Part shown: positions 52,101-59,651 of the stretch, in pieces
How the letters are laid out: the number at the start of each line of letters is the position of its first letter
Numbering within the stretch: position 1 is the stretch's first letter
Assembly: GCA_036498165.1 (NCBI GenBank)
Contig: DASXIE010000243.1
Location: 1-59,651 of the forward strand
Reading direction: 5' to 3'
Origin: Caulobacteraceae bacterium
GTDB taxonomy: Bacteria; Pseudomonadota; Alphaproteobacteria; Caulobacterales; Caulobacteraceae
DNA length: 59,651 bases
Made by a program: the position numbers and the translations under genes
The notes under the pieces: generated by a model
What the model was told of the DNA's origin: nothing
Seen by the model: only the letters and a program-made list of their open reading frames with translations
Database searches by the model: none

Positions 52101-52309
52101 CGCAGCGGCTTGAACTCGCCTTTGCCGGGCGGCAGGGCGCGCAAATCGGGAAATACCACCGACCAGGCGTCGTCTATCCGGGGAGCGAGCTGCTCGATGA
52201 ACCCTAGAGCTGAAGGATTGCACAGCAACCGCTCCAGTTCACTCGGGCCAAATTCGAACTCTTCTAAGCCATCTCTCATTACTTGAATGTATCCGCTCGC
52301 CTCATCCAA
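49115..52309 (-). CDS. Large multidomain glycosyltransferase (GT4 plus GT2-like plus two beta repeats)
   Basis: GPVRNGGIGT, FFGRLEARKG and PSVIEN...EA (GT4), followed by a second GT-A-like domain and C-terminal repeats. Alternative ATG at 52279. Confidence 0.82.
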   Translation of the reverse strand: MDEASGYIQVMRDGLEEFEFGPSELERLLCNPSALGFIEQLAPRIDDAWSVVFPDLRALPPGKGEFKPLRICIATEDIVGPVRNGGIGTTYAALSELLAKIGHEVTILYLRGQDVETGDIDQWVRYYADRGVTFTPVPNYAVRDDIRTNADRWLRAPYNMLRYLIDHPMDVVHASEWRGSAYLSLLAKSQGLAFNDTLFVIKTSSPWMWNRLYGSQPLERLEDLAKVHAERLSVELADVVIGGSLHLLRWMSSQGYRIPRARTFVQPNVATFEALQDLMSQRSLTPGTRIPIDELVFFGRLEARKGLFIFCQAIKRLIRQGVPLPPRISFMGKPGAKLTARPTQTVIEYIEDETRDWPTEVQILTEFQQHDAIQYLLGGARLAVMPSVIENSSMAIYEAAICGIPSVATAVGGNAELVAPMDRTQVLCDPHPLSLGDKLREAIERGGYVPRPSFDNDENLETWRGFHQSLARGLREELLSQLRVAPKPAEAVSASVCIYHAGRKEALRASLESIAAQEAAPQEIFVAVDTDDGASAQDARDLAAELKMPVSVVETFDLDAGASFNAMARQASGDFLLLLWEGATLRPAALRALETVAQSSGAELLNYFYRVVEPGSEKPSYLKALVMGSSTDAFFRKDITALPLFVRRQTFIELGGFSSDYRVLCGDYEFAAKVQLAGRRCETILLELGDVPAWDEKWLSAKGYDIPVSHFRAIRPQLAAVPLGLRDMLLLSKGLQIRPGGMGRVGKPKENADAAVDQALSRMMHNFSQGPRPPAQPKAKGTAVNGQRPKPNGHRGAGMMTLIDAFENTPRAPSPPRVRRPPASRLGVNVVQEGTQIGQILAVYGGSIYGWALDLEDPAKHVRLVMSGDGLGEEIASVANIDLPLALETPDGVEGHGFRIPVRPAWLDRLPGRKLWSPVLGSKSPAKLTVRTAEGLVLTRDIALPGVGADLSSVGIQGFCDASDDGVVKGWARREPAMEDRLDLAIFVDQRFLTRVRADHYREDVHQHGHGDGEYGFGVTLPPTYRDGTRRRVDVVVADIGLPLARSPLWAEGRRLTHRPQNTR

Positions 52310-52455
52310 ATAAAAATTTGCGCCGTCAATTCTAAACGGTCTAGAACAGGTTTAGTGAATGCCTGCGGGCGGCGCCGCCCATCGATCTCGCTGAAGCGCC
52401 CCGTGTTTCAACTTTGTAGCTTACCGCTATCATTTCCTGACGACGGTTCCAACCT

Positions 52456-54054
52456 TCAACCGTGGCGAATTCGCAAAGAGCCAGCGCTCGCCAAGCTCAT
52501 TAGCGCGCGAACCGCCCGTCGGCCAAGCATCGCCGGCTCGAAGATCACGATCTCGTCAACCCCCATCTGCCTCAACAATCCCGCCGTTGTCCCCGGCGCC
52601 GCGTCAAGCCGCAATGCCGGAAGGTTCGGAGTGTTCCCGGCCCGCGGCGAAACGATGTCGAAAAGGTCCGCGGCGCCGGCGAATTTCCTTAAGCTGAGAT
52701 CATCCGCCTCCGGCGCCCCGTGCACCAGGCGCCCCGAGTGCCCGGCTCGGGCGATGCGCGCCAGGTCGAGGTTGGCGCGGACCGATGACAGAGAGTCGGC
52801 GCGGTTGAAGGCCCCGATCCGTTCCCGATAGCCGGGGTGTTTGGCCTCCATGGCCGCCATACCTTTGGCCAGAAGTCCGTGGCGTTCCTCGCCGAAGCTG
52901 CGTGATCCGATATGGCTGACGAAGGTGTCGGCCGCCGCCAGGCTGCGCCAGCCGCGCCTCGCGGCTCGCAGGCAGAAGTCGTTTTCCTCTCCATAGCCGC
53001 GGGGAAAGGCGGCTTCGTCGAAGGGGCCGACTGAGTCGAGGCAGTCGCGCCGCACAAAGAGACAGAAGCCGACGCCAGTGGGGATTTCGACGGGACCGAG
53101 GGCCAGGCGAGCGGCCAGGGCGGCCAACTCAGCGTGGCTCAGCTCCAGGGGCGCGGGATTGTCCCGCAGGCGGATAGGGTAGCTGAGGATTGTCGCGGCG
53201 TTGGACAGCGGGGTGACCGTTCCGATATTGCCTGCCCCGTGAGCGTGGGCGCGCAGCCGGTCCAGCCAACCGTCATGGACCTGGCAGTCGGCGTTGAGCA
53301 GAACGACATCGCGGCCTGGCCCAGCCGCGAGGCCGAGGTTGGCCGTGGCCGTGAACCCGAGGTTGGCCTCGTTGGCCTGACGGGCGATGAGGCCGAGCGC
53401 CTCCAGTCTCGCGAGATCGGCGGTCAAATCCGGCTCGGGGGAGGCGTCGTCGATGATCAGTAGCCTGAAGTCGCGCGCGACCCTGGCGCTCAGCACGCTG
53501 TGAATGGCGCCAAGGGTTTCGGCGCGGCCGCGATAGACGGGCATCACCACGTCGATATCGCCGGCAAGTTCGGCCCGGCCGACAAGACCGGTAAAGTCGG
53601 GGGCGATCCTCGCCGGCGCGGGCGGGGGCGTCAGGCGGCCCTCGCGCCAGCCCCGCTCGACGAAATGGCGGACCGGATCCCAGCCGGCCAGGCGGACATC
53701 TGGATTATCCGCCAGGTAGGCCTCGGCGTCGAAGCCCTCGGCCAGGCCATCGGCTCGCCGGTTAAGGATGAAGTGGACGAACGGATCGGCGTCGGGCGCG
53801 AGGCCGGCCAGGGCGCGATAGCGCTCGCCGTCGAAACGGGGCTGCGGCGAGGGCGAGCCCGGATTGGCCAGGTAGTGGCTGATGAGCGCCCGCTCGCCGA
53901 GGCCGGACAACTTGGCCGCGGCGGCGTAGGCGTAGGCGTCGAAGAGACCGGAGCCGCGGATGTGATCGGCCAGCAGGGCGCGGTTCGGCCAGGCGGCGAT
54001 GAGACGCCGCTCAAGGCGGCGAACCCGGCGCGCGATGGCTCGTTTCAACCTCAT
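52456..54054 (-). CDS. GT2 glycosyltransferase with N-terminal FD.xxY repeats
   Basis: FDAYAY, FDGERY and FDAEAYLADNPDV repeats. VVMPVY, DDAS, NLGF, LLNAD and GYGEENDFCLR. Confidence 0.82.
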   Translation of the reverse strand: MRLKRAIARRVRRLERRLIAAWPNRALLADHIRGSGLFDAYAYAAAAKLSGLGERALISHYLANPGSPSPQPRFDGERYRALAGLAPDADPFVHFILNRRADGLAEGFDAEAYLADNPDVRLAGWDPVRHFVERGWREGRLTPPPAPARIAPDFTGLVGRAELAGDIDVVMPVYRGRAETLGAIHSVLSARVARDFRLLIIDDASPEPDLTADLARLEALGLIARQANEANLGFTATANLGLAAGPGRDVVLLNADCQVHDGWLDRLRAHAHGAGNIGTVTPLSNAATILSYPIRLRDNPAPLELSHAELAALAARLALGPVEIPTGVGFCLFVRRDCLDSVGPFDEAAFPRGYGEENDFCLRAARRGWRSLAAADTFVSHIGSRSFGEERHGLLAKGMAAMEAKHPGYRERIGAFNRADSLSSVRANLDLARIARAGHSGRLVHGAPEADDLSLRKFAGAADLFDIVSPRAGNTPNLPALRLDAAPGTTAGLLRQMGVDEIVIFEPAMLGRRAVRALMSLASAGSLRIRHG

Positions 54055-54390
54055 CCGCGATCGGGTCGAGCGAAAAAATCGGCCGTCAGGCGCTTGCGCT
54101 CTGGCCCGGTGTTGGCCCCTTCGAGGCGCCGGATGGCGCTTTCGGTAGGGGCGATGGCGGCGAAGCCGGCCCGCTCGATCAGTCGGCGCAGGGATGACGT
54201 CAAGGCAACGGCTCCGCTCCACGCCCGTCCGCATGTTCGGCTTTGTAGCCGAGGATTGCGGTCGCCGGCGACCGTCCGGCCAGGGGCGTGACTTCCCCGA
54301 CACGGACCGAAATTCATTAAGAAGTGGCAACGATCGGCCGTGAAAAGACCTTATTTCGGTCGTCCGGCCGCCGGGTTACGGGTCGATGTT

Positions 54391-54547
54391 CGGGTCGTCG
54401 GCTGCTCGGGGCGCTTCTGATCCCGGACCCTGAACAGCCCCCCCAGCCCCCCTGGATTGGCGGGTCCCGGACAGCCGACGCACCGCCTTTGCAGAGACGG
54501 CCCCATGAGATGCGAAGCCCCGCGGTCAGGCGTGACCGCGGGGTTTT
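54391..54547 (+). ncRNA. Putative sRNA, copy 2: hairpin with the same C-rich loop, ending in a terminator
   Basis: CGTCGGCTG (54396-54404) pairs with CAGCCGACG (54472-54480). Inner TCGGGGC/GTCCCGG and CTGATCC/GGATTGG stems use G-U pairs. Loop is GACCCTGAACAGCCCCCCCAGCCCCCC. Confidence 0.72.
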
Positions 54548-54548
54548 C
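54514..54548 (+). terminator. Intrinsic terminator (likely also serves the convergent DUF1223 gene)
   Basis: CCCCGCGGTCA-GGCG-TGACCGCGGGG 11-bp stem followed by TTTT. Confidence 0.8.
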
Positions 54549-54562
54549 GTTGGCGGTGAGCC

Positions 54563-55270
54563 TCAGGGCTTCGAAATCTGGCGCAGCGCTCCGACGATCT
54601 TGCCGCCATCGGGGGCCTGGAGCACGATCAGGGTCTCCAGACCCTCCTCCTTGGCGGCGGGGAGGTGGAAGACCCTTCGCCTGCCGGTCCATTTCCCCAA
54701 CTCGACCAACTGGCGCACCACGTTGCGGTGAGCCATCGTCTGGCCCTTGGTCTCGCCATCCTTGACCGCCACGCTCTGGGTGCGCGGGTCGTAGCGGATC
54801 AGCCAGATTTCATCTCCGCCCCTGGGGGCGCGGGCGGCGGCGATGGCGATCGTCCCGTCAGCCCTCGGGGTCATTTCGGGGCCGGCCTCGCGGGTCCGCC
54901 GCGCCGCGTGGATCAGGCTGTCGATCTCCCCCGGATTATCGCCGGAGGCCTGGGCGGCTCCGTCGACGATCACCTGGGGCGTGTAGACATCGCGCAGGCC
55001 GAAGCGCTTGTCATAGGCCCTCTGGCGATCGGCGAATTCCGGCTGGGCGAAGGTGTCCTTCCAGCCCAGATAGTCCCAGTAGTCGACGTTGAAGGTCAGG
55101 ACCGTGACCCCCGGATGGTCGGCCAGGCCGGCGACGAAGCTGTTGGCCTTGCCGCACGAGCCGCAGCCCTGGGCGGTGTAGAGCTCGACCACCACCAGCG
55201 GGCGGGCGGGCGCCGCCCCGGCCGCGAGGACGGCGGCGAAAAGCCACGGCGCGAGGAGGGCCCTCTTCAT
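54563..55270 (-). CDS. DUF1223 secreted thioredoxin-like protein
   Basis: Signal peptide, VVELYTAQGCGSC, VDYWDYLGWKDTF and YTPQ. Confidence 0.88.
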   Translation of the reverse strand: MKRALLAPWLFAAVLAAGAAPARPLVVVELYTAQGCGSCGKANSFVAGLADHPGVTVLTFNVDYWDYLGWKDTFAQPEFADRQRAYDKRFGLRDVYTPQVIVDGAAQASGDNPGEIDSLIHAARRTREAGPEMTPRADGTIAIAAARAPRGGDEIWLIRYDPRTQSVAVKDGETKGQTMAHRNVVRQLVELGKWTGRRRVFHLPAAKEEGLETLIVLQAPDGGKIVGALRQISKP

Positions 55271-55338
55271 CGCCGCGCACTTAAGCCAACTTTGCCGACG
55301 GCGACAGGTCACGAAAACGTGAGGATCGCCCGCGTCTC

Positions 55339-58032
<2,694 letters not shown>

Positions 58033-58181
58033 GATGGGGGGATCCTTTTCCTGTTCCAGACCCACCGAAAATCGGTTCGGAGGATCGCGCGCTTGGCGGA
58101 CCGGACTCACAGCGTCCGGCCCCGGCGGCGGGTCTCGTCCTGGGCCGGCCGTCTCTTAGCTGCCCGCCGCGCCATAGTCAT

Positions 58182-58306
58182 CTTTCTTCCCCCCACACCG
58201 GGCGGAAGAGGCGCGAAGCGCCGGTGGGGGCACGGACGCGCCGGCGTCCCCGATCCCCCATCCCGGCCTTCGGCCGTACTTCCCCCTTGTGAACGGGGAA
58301 GAGAAG
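58182..58306. repeat. Palindromic intergenic repeat (CIR/RIME-like alphaproteobacterial element)
   Basis: Two inverted arms, each with CTTCCCCC..GG(G)GAAG hairpins, GGCGCGAAGCGCC / CGGCCTTCGGCCG hairpins and complementary GGTGGGGG / CCCCCATCC blocks. Confidence 0.65.
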
Positions 58307-58313
58307 TCTCGCC

Positions 58314-58919
58314 ATGATCTCCGCAGTGCGCCTGGAAAATCTCGCCATCGAGCGTGGCGGGCGGGTGCTGTTCGAGCGGCTGTCGGCGCGGGTGGGGGCC
58401 GGCGAGGCCTTGGCGGTCACCGGAGCCAACGGGGCCGGCAAGACCAGCCTGCTGCGCGCCGTCGCCGGCCTGCTGGCGCCCCAGTCAGGCCAGGTCGTGT
58501 TCGAGGGCGCCGCCGACTCCGGCGAGGCCCGCCGCGCGGCCTGCCATCTCGTCGGCCACCAGGATGGCCTCAAGGGCGCCCGCACGGCCCGCGAGGAACT
58601 CCTCTTTCAGGCCAGGTGGTGTGGGGCGGCGGAGGCCGTGGCCCTGGCGGCGGCGGACCGTCTGGGGCTCACCCGTCAGCTTCGCCTGGAAACGCGCCGC
58701 CTTTCCGCCGGCCAGAGACGCCGCCTGGCCCTGGCCCGCCTGATCGCCGCGCCCCGCCCCCTGTGGCTGCTCGACGAGCCGCTCGCCCCCCTCGACGCCG
58801 CCGGCCGCGCCCTGATGGGCGAGGCGATGGGAGAGCACCTGGCCGCCGGCGGTTTCATCCTCGCCGCCGTTCATGATCCTCTGCCGCTGGCCGTCCGCAC
58901 GCTGGACCTCGGCCAATGA
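58314..58919 (+). CDS. ccmA: Heme ABC exporter ATP-binding protein
   Basis: [16 protein letters not shown] and WLLDEP. Confidence 0.93.
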   Translation: MISAVRLENLAIERGGRVLFERLSARVGAGEALAVTGANGAGKTSLLRAVAGLLAPQSGQVVFEGAADSGEARRAACHLVGHQDGLKGARTAREELLFQARWCGAAEAVALAAADRLGLTRQLRLETRRLSAGQRRRLALARLIAAPRPLWLLDEPLAPLDAAGRALMGEAMGEHLAAGGFILAAVHDPLPLAVRTLDLGQ

Positions 58920-59581
58920 GGCCTCTGACCACCTTGCTGCGCCGGGAAGTCTCCCTGGCCTGGGGTCGCGGCGGCGGCCCGTTGCTGGCGGTGGGATTCC
59001 TCGTCGCCGCCGCGACGCTCTTCCCCCTCGCGCTTGGCCCCGCCCCGGGACCCCTGGCGGCGGTGGCGAGCGGCGCGGCTTGGGTGATCCTGGCGCTCGC
59101 CTCCCTCTTGACCCTCGAGCGCCTGTTCGAGCGCGACTACGAGGACGGCGCCCTCGACCTCCTGGCGCTCGGCCCCCTGCCGCTGGAGAGCGTGTGCGCG
59201 GTCAAGTGCCTGGCGAGCTGGCTGGTCGTCGGCCTGCCCCTGGCCGTCGCCGCGCCCCTCGCCGCTATCGCACTGGGCGAAGCGCCACGAGCTGCGCCGC
59301 TGATCGCCCTGGCCGCCGCCCTGGGGGGCCTCGCCTTCGCCTTCGTCGGCGGGACCGGCGCCGCCCTGGCCCTGGCCACCCGCCGCGGCGGGGTGCTGAT
59401 GGCGGTGATCGTCCTTCCCCTCCTGATCCCGCCGGTGATCTTCGGCGGCGGGGCCATGGCTGCCTGGAGCGGAGGCCTCGAATGGCGCACGGGCCTCGCC
59501 CTCCTCGCCGCCTACGCGCTGGCCGCCGCCGCGCTGGCTCCGTTCGCCATGGCCGCGGCGTGCCGAAATGCGCTCGGCTAG
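58916..59581 (+). CDS. ccmB: Heme exporter permease
   Basis: ATGA overlap with ccm[16 protein letters not shown] and [11 protein letters not shown]. Confidence 0.92.
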   Translation: MRPLTTLLRREVSLAWGRGGGPLLAVGFLVAAATLFPLALGPAPGPLAAVASGAAWVILALASLLTLERLFERDYEDGALDLLALGPLPLESVCAVKCLASWLVVGLPLAVAAPLAAIALGEAPRAAPLIALAAALGGLAFAFVGGTGAALALATRRGGVLMAVIVLPLLIPPVIFGGGAMAAWSGGLEWRTGLALLAAYALAAAALAPFAMAAACRNALG

Positions 59582-59651
59582 ACCCTACTCGTCCATTCGC
59601 TCGCCGGTTTTGCCGCGGTATTTCGGCAGCTCATGAATTCCCTCGAGCCAG

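Larger units (their letters stand above)
27160..54054. other. Surface/capsular polysaccharide island (ABC-transporter-dependent)
   Basis: About 19 contiguous glycan synthesis, modification and export genes between backbone genes DUF2794 and DUF1223, with AT-richer patches. Bounded by paralogous hairpins. No integrase inside. Confidence 0.8.

Noticed and set aside
27095-54457. Flanking repeats as a simple recent target-site duplication or attL/attR pair
   Set aside because: Identity is limited to the loop, the C-run lengths differ and the stems have diverged with compensation. This fits paralogous structured RNAs better than a fresh exact duplication.
59633-59651. Possible start of ccmC or the next gene (ATG AAT TCC CTC GAG CCA)
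   Set aside because: Only six codons are visible, so it cannot be assigned.

Overview
High-GC alphaproteobacterial chromosome segment, probably Caulobacteraceae-like (inferred from gene content and order). The left backbone (1-26.9 kb) carries a deoxyhypusine-synthase-like 3' end, a VOC protein, an SDR, a thioesterase, a hydrolase, a CHAP protein, priA, DUF484-xerC, the lpdA-sucB-sucA-sucD-sucC and mdh TCA genes interrupted by accessory genes, a HIT protein, a CitE-like lyase, DUF2237, thpR, yccA and DUF2794. The right backbone (54.5-59.6 kb) carries DUF1223, acnA, a palindromic intergenic repeat and ccmAB. Between DUF2794 and DUF1223 lies a ~27 kb surface-polysaccharide island. It encodes ABC-dependent export (KpsM, a degenerate KpsT fused to TPR-like repeats, KpsE and a Wza/BexD-type OPX protein), several glycosyltransferases, two methyltransferase domains, two SGNH-type proteins, an epimerase, and a divergent sqdB / APS-reductase (cysH) pair that suggests a sulfoquinovose-containing glycan. 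The island is bracketed by two paralogous + strand RNA hairpins. They share the loop GACCCUGAACAG-Cn-AG-Cn and show compensatory changes in their stems, which points to a duplicated C-rich-loop sRNA. No integrase, transposase, tRNA, rRNA or CRISPR array was seen. All family calls come from motif recognition by eye, not from database searches.
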